Positions 1 through 10,358 of a stretch of DNA of 64,000 bases are shown here, piece after piece. This DNA comes from a virus, in the IMG/VR virus record IMGVR_UViG_3300005581_000001, positions 1 through 64,000 of that record. The stretch is one strand, 5' to 3'. The notes below the pieces were generated by a model. It searched no databases, was not told where the DNA came from, and worked only from the letters and a program-made list of their open reading frames with translations. Both the position numbers and the translations under genes were made by a program. The stretch's first letter is position 1. Every line of letters begins with the position of its first letter.

Positions 1-59
1 TAGCTAAAACAATACTATCAACAGATACTGTTGTGTTGAACGAACGCCAATGGACTTAA
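1..59 (+). CDS. 3' end of a gene upstream of the terminase (partial)
   Basis: Frame 3 reads AKTILSTDTVVLNERQWT-stop (TAA 57-59) and overlaps the TerL ATG at 50; truncated by the window edge. Confidence 0.5.
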   Translation, partial: AKTILSTDTVVLNERQWT

Positions 60-2311
60 ATAGACTTAATGATTATCAAACACCTATATCGTATTATAGG
101 AAGATGCTTGATAATAAAGAAATTCCAAAAGAAGTATATGACCAGCTGTTAGAATACATATCAAGCGTCAAGTTTATACAAAATCTTATAACTTCTGAAG
201 AAGAAAGAGGGTTCTGTAAAGATAAGCCAAGAGAAGATGAATTCTATAAAGATGGCAGAGTTAGTGTTGATTTAACTAATCCTCACATATTAGAGGATAT
301 GGATTACTTCAGACAACCAGCTATATTTTTTGAGAAAAATGGAAGGTATACTAATATACCAAGAAATTCAAATCCAAAATCAGAGTATGCTCAGTTTTGG
401 AAAGATGAATTATATAAATGGAAACACGGTGTTGTCAGGGAATCCGACGGAGAATGGATTCCTGGAACATTGTATTTCTACTGGAACTATAGCCCAATAT
501 GGTTAGTAGAAACAGTTGGTTTAAAATCAGAAAACAAGAAGACTAAAGGTGAGCGTGTAAAGAAATTTGCAAAAGCTTGGCTCGGAGACTATCTATATTT
601 TCACTACACACAACAAGCAAAAGATAATGGTCAACACGGTAAAGTCCTCAAAACTAGGGGAATTGGTTTTAGTTTTAAAAATGCTTCTGAGTCTCCTCGT
701 AATATGTATGTATATCCAGGTTCAGGTAATCCTAACTTTCATCTGGCATCAGATAAAACGTTTCTTTCAGGTGATAAAGGAATCTGGGGTAAGATTCTCG
801 ATACGTTAGACTGGATTGGAGAACATACTCCTTTAGCAAAGAATAGAATTGTCGATGGTAAAAAGGCTATGGAATTACAGCTTGGCTATCTAGACGAATA
901 TGGTTCTCGTAAGGGTAATTTATCATCTATATTTGGTATATCATTAAAAGATAATCCAGACAAGGCTAGGGGTATTAGGGGCCCTTTAATTCATTACGAA
1001 GAAGACGGTCTATTTAATAATCTTGAAAAAGCTTGGAACGTAAATAGAAAAGCGGTTGAGGATGGTGATGTTGCATTTGGATTTATGCTTGCTGGTGGTA
1101 CTGGCGGTACAATGGGAGCATCATTTGCTGGTTCTGAAAAGTTGTTCTATAAGCCAGGTGCTTATAACATATATGCATTAAAGAATGTCTTTGATAAAAA
1201 TACTAATGGAGAAAGTTTATGTTCTTTCTTTTGGGGAGCTTATTTAAATCGTAATGGATGTTATGATAGTGTAAATGGAGAGCCTGATGTAATAAAAGCA
1301 TTGGTAGAGATACTAATAGATAGATTTGATGTAAAATATAGTTCATCGGAATCTAGCGCTATTACACAGAAGAAAGCTGAAGAGCCTATCACTCCACAAG
1401 AAGCTGTAATGAGAACTGAAGGAACTATGTTTCCTGTAGCTGACTTAAAAGAGTACCTTGAAAGTATAGCTCCAAAACAAGAGTCATTTTTAGCTGAACA
1501 TTATGTTGGAGAATTGTTATTAAACAACATAGGTGAAGTTGAGTGGAAACCTAATTCAGATTTAAGTCCATTAAGAGCATATGACTCTTCTGATAATAAT
1601 AGAACTGGTTGTCTTGAAATATTTGAAATGCCTAGAAAAAATGCTCAAGGAGATATTCAAAGAGGTAGATATATAGCAGGGATTGACCCTATTGATTCTG
1701 ATACAGGGGGTTCGTTATTTAGTATTCATATAATGGATTTATTTACAGATAGGATAGTGGCTGAATATTCTGGTAGACCTAGATTAGCTAATGAAGCCTA
1801 TGAAATAGCATTAAGATGTTTAAAGTTTTATAACGCAGAAGCAAACTATGAATCAAATTTAAAAGGATTGTTTAGTTATTTTGACAGTAAGAACTGTTTA
1901 CATTACTTAGCAGATGTTCCTCAAATATTAAAAGATATGGATATGGTTAAAGCGACTAATCTATATGGAAATAAAGCTAAAGGAACTCACGCTAATGCTA
2001 AAATTAATAGCTGGGGAAGAATGCTACAAGCTGAATGGATGAAAAGCAAAGCTCACGGAGATGATGAAGATGAAAGGTTAAATATGCATAGGCTTAGAAG
2101 TATTCCTTATGTAGAAGAATGTATAGCCTGGAATAGTGATGGTAACTTTGATAGAGTGTCTGCTGCTGGAATGTTATTTATCTTAAGAGAAGATAGGGTT
2201 AAAAGAACTGCTGTTGCTAAAGGCAATCAAGATAAGAAAATAACTAATGCGTCTGCAGATAACTTTTTCAACAAGAATTACAAGCCTATACAAAACAACA
2301 ATTGGCAATAA
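50..2311 (+). CDS. terL: Terminase large subunit
   Basis: ATPase motifs KTRGIGFS and LIHYEEDG; RNase H-like nuclease motifs IAGIDPID and NFDRVSA; directly upstream of the portal as in crAss-like phages. Confidence 0.93.
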   Translation: MDLNRLNDYQTPISYYRKMLDNKEIPKEVYDQLLEYISSVKFIQNLITSEEERGFCKDKPREDEFYKDGRVSVDLTNPHILEDMDYFRQPAIFFEKNGRYTNIPRNSNPKSEYAQFWKDELYKWKHGVVRESDGEWIPGTLYFYWNYSPIWLVETVGLKSENKKTKGERVKKFAKAWLGDYLYFHYTQQAKDNGQHGKVLKTRGIGFSFKNASESPRNMYVYPGSGNPNFHLASDKTFLSGDKGIWGKILDTLDWIGEHTPLAKNRIVDGKKAMELQLGYLDEYGSRKGNLSSIFGISLKDNPDKARGIRGPLIHYEEDGLFNNLEKAWNVNRKAVEDGDVAFGFMLAGGTGGTMGASFAGSEKLFYKPGAYNIYALKNVFDKNTNGESLCSFFWGAYLNRNGCYDSVNGEPDVIKALVEILIDRFDVKYSSSESSAITQKKAEEPITPQEAVMRTEGTMFPVADLKEYLESIAPKQESFLAEHYVGELLLNNIGEVEWKPNSDLSPLRAYDSSDNNRTGCLEIFEMPRKNAQGDIQRGRYIAGIDPIDSDTGGSLFSIHIMDLFTDRIVAEYSGRPRLANEAYEIALRCLKFYNAEANYESNLKGLFSYFDSKNCLHYLADVPQILKDMDMVKATNLYGNKAKGTHANAKINSWGRMLQAEWMKSKAHGDDEDERLNMHRLRSIPYVEECIAWNSDGNFDRVSAAGMLFILREDRVKRTAVAKGNQDKKITNASADNFFNKNYKPIQNNNWQ

Positions 2312-2330
2312 AATGCTATTACTTAATATA
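2305..2330 (+). repeat. 26-nt upstream element, copy 1
   Basis: GCAATAAAATGCTATTACTTAATATA; 25/26 identical to 4836-4861. Confidence 0.8.
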
Positions 2331-2381
2331 GAAAAAAGTAAAATAATATGATATTTATATCGATAACTATTTTATAATTCG

Positions 2382-2389
2382 TATATTTG
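2382..2389 (+). promoter_or_regulatory. Bacteroidota-type -7 promoter element (TAnnTTTG) for the portal gene
   Basis: TATATTTG in the intergenic region, ending 37 nt before the portal ATG. Confidence 0.65.
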
Positions 2390-2426
2390 CTAGTTAGCAA
2401 TATAAATATAATTTAATATACAAAAT

Positions 2427-4832
2427 ATGGAAGGTCCAAGAATTAATAATCTAGTACTGCCAAGACAAAGATTACCTTATAATAAAAAGGATAAACAATG
2501 GAGAGAGGATAATGTAAACTACGGAGACAGACATTCTTTTTATAATAATGAAAGAGTTAGAAAGAGCTTACAGAATAAGATTATAAACTTAAACCTATAT
2601 AACGGAGTTGTAGATATTAGAGATTTAACTAACGTAGTTAATCCTAATCAAATAGACGCTAGTTTTGTTCCAGACAATTTACCTCATCACCCAATAATGG
2701 TTCCTAAAATAGATCTATTAGTTGGTGAAGAAATTAAACGTAGATTCGACTGGTCTTGTATTGTTACAAATCCTGATGCAATAACTATGAAGGAAGAAGA
2801 TAAGAAGAAATTCTTATTTCAAAAACTTAGTGAAATGTATAGCGGAAATTATACTGATAAAGAATTAGAGCAAAAGCTTAAAGATCTTGAAAAGTATATG
2901 AAATACAATTGGCAAGATCTTCGTGAGAAGATGGCTAATCAAATATTAAAACACTACACCCAAGAACAAAGATTTGATAAAACATTCTCCGAAGGATTTA
3001 AAGATGCTTTAATATTTGGAGAAGAAATATATCAGTGTGATATAGTTAATGATGAACCAGTGATGTTTAAATTAAACTCATTGAAAGTTCACTCCGTTAA
3101 ATCTGGTAATTCAGATAGAATAGAGGATTCATCTATTATAATTATACAAGACCACTGGTCTCCTAATAAAATTATAGATGTATATCACGACGAATTAAAG
3201 CCTGAAGACATAGACTATATTATGGAATATAGTACAACATCTTCTAAAGGTTCTTATTCAGATGATCAGAATAATCACGTATTACTTAGAGATGCATTGA
3301 ATACAGGTGTTGAGGGGATGTATGATACTATCTTCAACTTAGCGGAGTTAAATGGTCACTTCTTTGGTTCTAATTATACAGATGATACTGGTAATATCAG
3401 AGTATTTAAATTGTTTTGGAAATCTATTAAACTTATAAAACAAGTTAAGTATTATGATGAAATGGGTGAAGAGCAATATAAAATTGCTTCTGAAGAATAC
3501 ATAGCTGATAAAGACAGAGGGGAAGAAATTAAAAGTATGTGGGTTAATGAGTTTTGGGAAGGTGTAAAAATAGGTAAAGATATTTATTTAAACATCAGAC
3601 CTCGTAAAATTCAATATAACAAAATATACAATCCTTCTTATTGTCACGCAGGTATTATTGGTCAGATATATAATACTAATCAATCTAAAGCAGTGTCATT
3701 AGTTGATAGATGTAAAAACTATCAATATATGTATGATGTTATTTGGGATAGATTAAATAAAGCTATTGCAACTAATTACGGTAAAATATTTGAATTAGAT
3801 ATAGCTAAGATACCTGAAAACTGGGAAGTTGAAAAATGGATGCACTTTGCTGTCGTTAATAAGATAGCAGTAATAGATTCATTTAAAGAGGGTAATCAAG
3901 GGGCTTCGACTGGTAAATTAGCTGGGTCAATGAATACTCAAGGCGGACGTGTTATGGATATGGAGACTGGTTCTTATATTCAACAACACATACAGTTACT
4001 TGAATTCATTAAGATGGAAATGGGTGAGATTGCAGGAGTATCTGCTCAACGTCAAGGTCAAATAGAAAATAGAGAGACCGTTGGTGGTGTAGAAAGATCT
4101 GTAAATCAATCATCACATATTACTGAATACTGGTTTATGCAGCACGAGCAATGTAAGATAAGAGTACTAGAGTGCTTCTTAGAAACGGCTAAAGTTGCTT
4201 TAAAAGGTAAAAATCTTAAAGTTCAGAACATACTTGATGATCAATCAATTGAGATATTAAATATAGATGGAGAAACTTTTTCTGACAATGATTATGGATT
4301 AGTTATAACTTCTAGTTCTAAAACAGCTGAGTTAGAGCAAATGATAAAATCAAATGCTCAAGCATTTATTCAAAATGGTGGATCATTATCTACTATAATG
4401 GATATATACTTTAGCCCTTCATTATCAGATATGAGAAGAAGATTAGAGGATGGTGAAGAACAAATGCATCAAAGACAATCAGAAGCTTCTCAACAAGCTA
4501 ATGAAACTCAACAAGCAGCAAATCAAGCGGCTCAACAATTAGAGATGCAAAAACTTCAATTAGAAGATACTATATCTCAAAGAGAAGATGCAACTAAGCG
4601 ATATGTAGCTGAACTTACTAAAGCTGTAGGGGATACAGATACTGTTGATTCTGAAGATGGAATTGAAAGTCCACTAGAAAGAGATAAGTTTAATTTAGAT
4701 ATAGAGAAAGCAAAAGCTGATCAAATTGCTAAAATGAAGTCATTAGATCAGGATATGGTTAAGCATAATGATCAAATGAAAGCTAAAACAGTTGATCAAT
4801 CTATAGCTAGGATTAAAAAGAAATCAGTATAA
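2427..4832 (+). CDS. Portal protein
   Basis: 801 aa; crAss-type portal features (PRQRLP, PKIDLLVGEE, AGVSAQRQGQIENRETVGGVER, C-terminal coiled coil); lies between TerL and the capsid genes. Confidence 0.88.
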   Translation: MEGPRINNLVLPRQRLPYNKKDKQWREDNVNYGDRHSFYNNERVRKSLQNKIINLNLYNGVVDIRDLTNVVNPNQIDASFVPDNLPHHPIMVPKIDLLVGEEIKRRFDWSCIVTNPDAITMKEEDKKKFLFQKLSEMYSGNYTDKELEQKLKDLEKYMKYNWQDLREKMANQILKHYTQEQRFDKTFSEGFKDALIFGEEIYQCDIVNDEPVMFKLNSLKVHSVKSGNSDRIEDSSIIIIQDHWSPNKIIDVYHDELKPEDIDYIMEYSTTSSKGSYSDDQNNHVLLRDALNTGVEGMYDTIFNLAELNGHFFGSNYTDDTGNIRVFKLFWKSIKLIKQVKYYDEMGEEQYKIASEEYIADKDRGEEIKSMWVNEFWEGVKIGKDIYLNIRPRKIQYNKIYNPSYCHAGIIGQIYNTNQSKAVSLVDRCKNYQYMYDVIWDRLNKAIATNYGKIFELDIAKIPENWEVEKWMHFAVVNKIAVIDSFKEGNQGASTGKLAGSMNTQGGRVMDMETGSYIQQHIQLLEFIKMEMGEIAGVSAQRQGQIENRETVGGVERSVNQSSHITEYWFMQHEQCKIRVLECFLETAKVALKGKNLKVQNILDDQSIEILNIDGETFSDNDYGLVITSSSKTAELEQMIKSNAQAFIQNGGSLSTIMDIYFSPSLSDMRRRLEDGEEQMHQRQSEASQQANETQQAANQAAQQLEMQKLQLEDTISQREDATKRYVAELTKAVGDTDTVDSEDGIESPLERDKFNLDIEKAKADQIAKMKSLDQDMVKHNDQMKAKTVDQSIARIKKKSV

Positions 4833-4835
4833 AAA

Positions 4836-4861
4836 GCAATAAAATGCTATTACGTAATATA
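4836..4861 (+). repeat. 26-nt upstream element, copy 2
   Basis: GCAATAAAATGCTATTACGTAATATA, containing the perfect palindrome TATTACGTAATA. Confidence 0.8.
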
Positions 4862-4912
4862 AAATAATTAAAAATAAATTAACTTTTTATTGTATTTAAT
4901 ATATAAAAAGAT

Positions 4913-4920
4913 TATATTTG
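4913..4920 (+). promoter_or_regulatory. -7 promoter element for the capsid operon
   Basis: TATATTTG with TTG (4890-4892) 20 nt upstream, matching Bacteroidota -33/-7 spacing. Confidence 0.7.
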
Positions 4921-4947
4921 TACTTTATAAATTAAAAGGGGAGAATA

Positions 4948-6024
4948 ATGAAAGTAAACGATGAATCAATGGATATCTTCGGTTCTGGAATGGAATTGAA
5001 TTTAGACTATAATAATTATGAAGAAAATTTCGACGACGAGCCAGCAGATAGTAGTATCGAAGGTGAAGAAGGCGAAATAAATAATAACCCTATCGAGGAA
5101 GAAAATCCAGAGAGCGTAGGTGGGGAAGAAGACGAAAATAACGAAGAGGATGAATCCGATGTAGATTCTTCTCCCAACCTGTATTCTTCCATCTCAAACG
5201 TTCTATTTGAACAAGGAATCATTCCTTCGTTAGAGTCTTCTGAAAATATTAAGACTTCTGAAGATTTTGTAGGAGCTCTTAAAAAAGAAATTGATCTGCA
5301 GGCAGAGCAAAGACTTGAAGAGTATTTACAGAACTTAGACCTTAATAAGATTGCTGTATCTAGAAGAACTCAATTAGAGTTGTCTAATATAGATGAGGAT
5401 TATCTAAAAGATAATCTTGATGTAGCTAAGGATATTATTTTTAGAGATTATATCAATCAAGGTCTTTCAGAAGAAAGAGCTACAAAATTACTAAGGAAGA
5501 CAATTGATTTAGGCGAGGACATGGTTATTGAAGATGCTCTTGAATCAGCTCAAAGTTTAAAGGAATTTGAAGCTAGATCAGAACAACAAGAAAGAGTCAG
5601 ATATACACAACAATTAGCCGATCAAGCTGCAGAACAAGAAAGTATTAATAACGCAATTAAAAATACTATATATAGTTCTAAAGAAGTCATCACTGGTCTA
5701 CCAAATACTAAAGCTCTACAGGATAGAGTTTTTAAAAGTATGACAGAAGTTGTTTCTAAAAATCCAACTACTGGCGAAATGCAAAATAAGTTTATGCAAA
5801 ACAGAGCAGTCAATCCTATTGAGTTCGATACAAAGATGTATTACCTTTATGAATTAACAAATGGTTTTTCAGATTTATCAAGCATATCAAAAACAGTAAC
5901 TTCTAAAGCTGTAAAAAATTTAGAAAAAGTGCTTAGAAAAACTAGATTCGAAGATAACGGGACTCCTGACTATCTTCAAGATCCACCAAGTTACGGCGGT
6001 ATTGGTTCAGAACTTGTCTTCTAA
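4948..6024 (+). CDS. Conserved acidic protein upstream of MCP (putative scaffold or head assembly protein)
   Basis: Very acidic disordered N-terminus and helical body; position before MCP is conserved in crAss-like phages. Confidence 0.6.
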   Translation: MKVNDESMDIFGSGMELNLDYNNYEENFDDEPADSSIEGEEGEINNNPIEEENPESVGGEEDENNEEDESDVDSSPNLYSSISNVLFEQGIIPSLESSENIKTSEDFVGALKKEIDLQAEQRLEEYLQNLDLNKIAVSRRTQLELSNIDEDYLKDNLDVAKDIIFRDYINQGLSEERATKLLRKTIDLGEDMVIEDALESAQSLKEFEARSEQQERVRYTQQLADQAAEQESINNAIKNTIYSSKEVITGLPNTKALQDRVFKSMTEVVSKNPTTGEMQNKFMQNRAVNPIEFDTKMYYLYELTNGFSDLSSISKTVTSKAVKNLEKVLRKTRFEDNGTPDYLQDPPSYGGIGSELVF

Positions 6025-6059
6025 ACAAAAACAATATTAATAATTAAAACAAAAAAACT

Positions 6060-7565
6060 ATGTCTTTAGGGAAGTTTGTAATGACCAAAGGTAAAGCTTG
6101 GTCTGGCTTGACGCTAAAAAATCACATCGGTGCTATCTTCGGATCTCAACCACAATTAGTATCACCGTTAACTACTGTGTTACTTCAAAGTTCAGGAATG
6201 AAAAACTTAGATACAACTTTGTCTTTATTCCCTGAGAAAGTATTAAATACTGCAGATGACTTCGTATGGAAAGTAGTTGGTTCTGACGAGAGAAATATTC
6301 CTCTTGTTGAAGCACGTGCTTTTGGTGCAGTTGTTGATACTAATACAGTAGGTGTTGGTATTGCTCGTAGTAAATTCGAATTGGTATTTGCTGAAAAATG
6401 GTTTACTGCAATGCACGTTATTGCTGGACCACGTCCAGATGTATATCAAATTAGAATTACTGATGAGCCATTTGAAGAAGGTTCAAATTATGTTTATCCT
6501 TGCGAAGCTTGGGGTGGTCAAGAATCACTAGCTGGTATTCCTGGAGACGAACTTTTACCTGGAAACAGATTCAGTATTGAGTCTGCTTACACAGAAGACG
6601 AGCTTTCCACAAGAGGTGCTGGTATTCAATTTACTTCTCCTTATTTAATGAGAAATTCAATCTCTACACTTCGTATGGAACATAAAGTTTCTGGAGCCAT
6701 GATTGATGTTAAAGTAGAGCCAGTATATTTTGCAGGTATCGAAACTCGTGACCCAAATACTGGAAAAGTACACAAATCAACAACTTGGATGCAAGAGGTT
6801 TACTGGCAGTTTGAAAAAGCATTGTCACGTATTAAATCTCGTACCATTATGTTTGGAAAAACTAACCGTGATGAAAATGGTCGTTTCTTGAACAAAGGAG
6901 CTTCTAATATTGAAATCAAAGCTGGTTCTGGTATCCGTGAGCAAATGGAAGTATCTAATACTATTTCTTACAATAGATTCTCAATGCGTCTTTTAGAAGA
7001 TGTTCTTTCTGAATTATCAGAAGGTAAATTGGATTTTGACGAAAGAAAATTCATGTTGCGTACAGGTGAAAGAGGAGCTGCTCAATTCAATAGAGCTGCA
7101 ACAGCTGCTGCTTCTGGATGGAAATCAATGTTTGATAACACCAACCAAAACGCAATTAAAGGAGTTGCTTCTAAATTCCATGATAATTCATTCCAAGGAG
7201 GATTTCAATTCACAGAATGGAGAGCTCCTAATAACATTCATATTATGTTGGAAGTTGATCCAATGTACGATGATAAAGTTCGTAACAAAATTCTTCATCC
7301 AGATGGTGGGGTTGCTGAATCTTACAGATATGATATCTTGTATATCGGATCTATGGAAGAGCCAAATATCCAAAAAATCAAAGTACGTGGTGATGATGAG
7401 TTAAGAGGTTATATGGCAGGTATTCGTGATCCATTCTCTGGACGTAGAGGTGGTATCATGCAGTTGATGGAAGATTCAGCTACAATGACTGCTATGTGCG
7501 GAACAGGAGCGATGGTAAAAGATCCTTCTCGTACAGCTTCATTGATTCCTGCATTGTTAGGATAA
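6060..7565 (+). CDS. Major capsid protein
   Basis: 501 aa; crAss-type N-terminus WSGLTLKNHIGAIF, GSGIREQ and TGERG motifs; followed by a strong terminator. Confidence 0.9.
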   Translation: MSLGKFVMTKGKAWSGLTLKNHIGAIFGSQPQLVSPLTTVLLQSSGMKNLDTTLSLFPEKVLNTADDFVWKVVGSDERNIPLVEARAFGAVVDTNTVGVGIARSKFELVFAEKWFTAMHVIAGPRPDVYQIRITDEPFEEGSNYVYPCEAWGGQESLAGIPGDELLPGNRFSIESAYTEDELSTRGAGIQFTSPYLMRNSISTLRMEHKVSGAMIDVKVEPVYFAGIETRDPNTGKVHKSTTWMQEVYWQFEKALSRIKSRTIMFGKTNRDENGRFLNKGASNIEIKAGSGIREQMEVSNTISYNRFSMRLLEDVLSELSEGKLDFDERKFMLRTGERGAAQFNRAATAAASGWKSMFDNTNQNAIKGVASKFHDNSFQGGFQFTEWRAPNNIHIMLEVDPMYDDKVRNKILHPDGGVAESYRYDILYIGSMEEPNIQKIKVRGDDELRGYMAGIRDPFSGRRGGIMQLMEDSATMTAMCGTGAMVKDPSRTASLIPALLG

Positions 7566-7584
7566 TATTAAATAATAGCTTATT

Positions 7585-7617
7585 GGGAGTGTGCTACAAA
7601 TACACTCCCTTTTTTTT
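7585..7617 (+). terminator. Intrinsic terminator after MCP
   Basis: GGGAGTGT / ACACTCCC stem followed by T8. Confidence 0.85.
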
Positions 7618-7637
7618 AAACTAAAGGGAGAATTATA

Positions 7638-8489
7638 ATGGAAGTAAAAGAAAGTAAATTTACATTACCTGATACAACTATCACGGTAAAGTATATTAAA
7701 AGAAAAAAAGGTATGGCATCTAACGTTGGTGAAGATCACGTTATATCTGGAGGGATGCTTAATGGTTCAGTGAAGAAATTTCAAGCTCCATTACTAAAAA
7801 ACAATTCTATAGCCAATGTATTGACTAAGGATGAAAAAGAATATTTAGAAGCTTTGACTGGATTAGATTTGTCGGTGTATGGAGATTTTTGGTATGATCA
7901 CCAAGTATCATTATATAAAGACGATAATCTACTTAATTTAAATAATCCAATTGATTATATATCATACAAGATTCTTACATATTTAAAAAATGATATAGCT
8001 CCAACGTGGGCAGAAAGAAATTTAAAACAAACATATCAGTTTGTTATTACTTCTGCAGATGAAGAGTTAACAGAAAAGAAAATTGGATTCGATAATAAAA
8101 AAGAAGCTTTTAAACTTTATGGAAAAATCGAAGACGATAAAGATAAATTAATAAAAATTCTAGCAATACTAACTAACAAACCAATTTCAAAAGAAACTAC
8201 ATTGAAATGGGTTCAAGCTAAGGTAGAACAATTTATTGATGAAAAACCAGAATCATTTGTTTTGTTAATGAAAGATAAATCTTTAGAGACTAAATTCTTA
8301 ATTAATGACGCAATTGAAAAAGGAATTATAATTAAGACAGGTAATAAGTATTCTACAAATGACGGTTTAGATCTATGTGAAAACAGTCAAATACCAACAT
8401 TTGAAAACACTATTGCTTATATAGATAATCCAAAACACCAAGATGTTAGATCTTTTATAGAGGCTAAGCTGCTTGGTAATAAAAAATAA
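7638..8489 (+). CDS. Conserved crAss-like capsid-module protein
   Basis: 283 aa, immediately after MCP; synteny only. Confidence 0.55.
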   Translation: MEVKESKFTLPDTTITVKYIKRKKGMASNVGEDHVISGGMLNGSVKKFQAPLLKNNSIANVLTKDEKEYLEALTGLDLSVYGDFWYDHQVSLYKDDNLLNLNNPIDYISYKILTYLKNDIAPTWAERNLKQTYQFVITSADEELTEKKIGFDNKKEAFKLYGKIEDDKDKLIKILAILTNKPISKETTLKWVQAKVEQFIDEKPESFVLLMKDKSLETKFLINDAIEKGIIIKTGNKYSTNDGLDLCENSQIPTFENTIAYIDNPKHQDVRSFIEAKLLGNKK

Positions 8490-8491
8490 TT

Positions 8492-9229
8492 ATGACTACA
8501 ACTGAGATAAAAAACGAATTTCAAATTCATTATAATGCAATTGCGACTATGTCTGCTCCAAACATTGATGATTATGAATTATCTGTTTATCTTACAAAAG
8601 CACAATTAGAATTAGTTAAAAATAATTATAATCCAGACGGAAATAAGTATAGAGAAGGGTTTGAGAATTCAGAAAAAAGAAGAGTTGATTTAAAAGAGCT
8701 TGTCAAAGATTACAAGTCTACACAAATTGTAACTTCAACATCAAAGATACATTCTGATTCAAAATTTTTCAAAATACCTAATGATGTCTTTCTTATTGTT
8801 TATGAAGACGCTAAAATATCAACAACAGATTGTTACAATAATAACATACTAAATGTTGTTGTAAAAACGCACGATGAGTTTACAATACAAATAAGTAATC
8901 CTTTTAAGAAACCAGATAGTTCAACTGTATGGAGAATGGATATAGCTAAGATAGGAGCTGATAGAGTTGTAGAGCTAATAAGTCCTTATACGATATCTGA
9001 ATACCATTTAAGATATATAATGTATCCACCGCCAATAGTCCTGTCTAATCTAGCAACAACTTTTCCTGGTGAAGGATTAAGTATTGATGGAGTTACAGTT
9101 ATGCAAACTTGCATATTGTCTGAAGAATTTCAAAGAGAAATTATAGACAGAGCGGTAGAATTAGCGTTAAGAGATTACAAACCTTCTGGACTAGAAACTA
9201 AAGTCCAGTTAGATCAAAGAAACGAATAA
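8492..9229 (+). CDS. Ring / head-tail connector protein
   Basis: YLTKAQ...GFENSEKRRVDL and C-terminal EIIDRAVELA pattern typical of crAss ring proteins; synteny. Confidence 0.6.
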   Translation: MTTTEIKNEFQIHYNAIATMSAPNIDDYELSVYLTKAQLELVKNNYNPDGNKYREGFENSEKRRVDLKELVKDYKSTQIVTSTSKIHSDSKFFKIPNDVFLIVYEDAKISTTDCYNNNILNVVVKTHDEFTIQISNPFKKPDSSTVWRMDIAKIGADRVVELISPYTISEYHLRYIMYPPPIVLSNLATTFPGEGLSIDGVTVMQTCILSEEFQREIIDRAVELALRDYKPSGLETKVQLDQRNE

Positions 9230-9249
9230 TAATAAATAAAACATAAAAT

Positions 9250-10257
9250 ATGTACGGACCAAATCAAGTTGGTGAATTAATTATAGGTAATGCTGTAGCC
9301 ACTGAAACTACTACAAAGACATTTATCGCCACTGCTTCTGACAAAGAAATTAAAGCTGTAAATAGTCAAGGAACAGCTATTGCTGACGGACTACCATTTA
9401 GTTATCTTCAAAAAACAAGTGGAGATTCTTCTAAAGGATTAGATTATGAATTTTCAGATGTAATTGATCCAGCCTTAGTTGAAAAAGTTACTCTTAAAGA
9501 GTATGCTGCTGAAGTTCAAAAACTAGTTACTGTTACAGTTGGTACAGCTACTGCTGCTACTACTTATGAAATTGAAGTTAGGTTGTATAATGACGGTGGT
9601 TCTTTATCTCCTGAAAACTTTGCAATCATTCAAGGATTTTACGTTACTGGTGTGTCTGCTGAAACTACAACAGCTATTAAAGACGGCTTATTGCTTTCTC
9701 TTCAAAAAAATCTTATTAAAAGAGGTAATTTTGAATTAACAGTTGTATCTACAGGAGCAGCTACATTTACTATCACTAGTAAAGTTCAAAAATTTGTTGC
9801 TGGTAAACTTATCGGAAAACAAATCGAATTTGATGTTCTTGGTAAATCTTTCTTAAATGCTTATGATACTACTCAGCCTGCTACAAATAGCGGACTAGTT
9901 GTACCAGTAGTTACTACTCAAGCTAGTCCTGGTTCAGGAACTGGTAAATTTGCTGTGAATTTTGAATGGTTTGTTAAAGGTATGAAATATGAAGTTTATC
10001 GTCAAACAGGATATCCTGCTGACTTTGGAACTCCGTATTATGCATCTCCAACAGGATTCTATAATACAATCCAAATTAAATATTACACAACAAGAAAAGA
10101 AACATCTGTTGAGCGTCAGTATAAAGTACTTACAATACTTGTAGATAAAGTAACTAACGTAGTTGCTAACAATGCTGCTACAAACACAGTTCTTGCAAAT
10201 CTACGTACTTCTATAGGTACTAGAGCTGCTGTTCCAGCTGACTTAGCTGTAGTATAA
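9250..10257 (+). CDS. Auxiliary capsid (decoration) protein
   Basis: 335 aa, Thr/Ala-rich beta protein starting MYGPNQV with a GSGTGK motif; own terminator; synteny. Confidence 0.6.
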   Translation: MYGPNQVGELIIGNAVATETTTKTFIATASDKEIKAVNSQGTAIADGLPFSYLQKTSGDSSKGLDYEFSDVIDPALVEKVTLKEYAAEVQKLVTVTVGTATAATTYEIEVRLYNDGGSLSPENFAIIQGFYVTGVSAETTTAIKDGLLLSLQKNLIKRGNFELTVVSTGAATFTITSKVQKFVAGKLIGKQIEFDVLGKSFLNAYDTTQPATNSGLVVPVVTTQASPGSGTGKFAVNFEWFVKGMKYEVYRQTGYPADFGTPYYASPTGFYNTIQIKYYTTRKETSVERQYKVLTILVDKVTNVVANNAATNTVLANLRTSIGTRAAVPADLAVV

Positions 10258-10276
10258 TAATAATTAAATAATACCT

Positions 10277-10315
10277 AAAAGGGAAGAAGAAAAAAATCTT
10301 CTTTCCTTTTTTTTT
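10277..10315 (+). terminator. Intrinsic terminator
   Basis: AAAAGGGAAGAAGA / TCTTCTTTCCTTTT hairpin with T run. Confidence 0.75.
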
Positions 10316-10358
10316 GCACAAATATGAAATACTCAAATAATAATTTAAATATAACGAT

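Noticed and set aside
50-7565. Inteins or introns in TerL, portal or MCP
   Set aside because: ORFs are continuous and of expected size, with no intein splice motifs noticed
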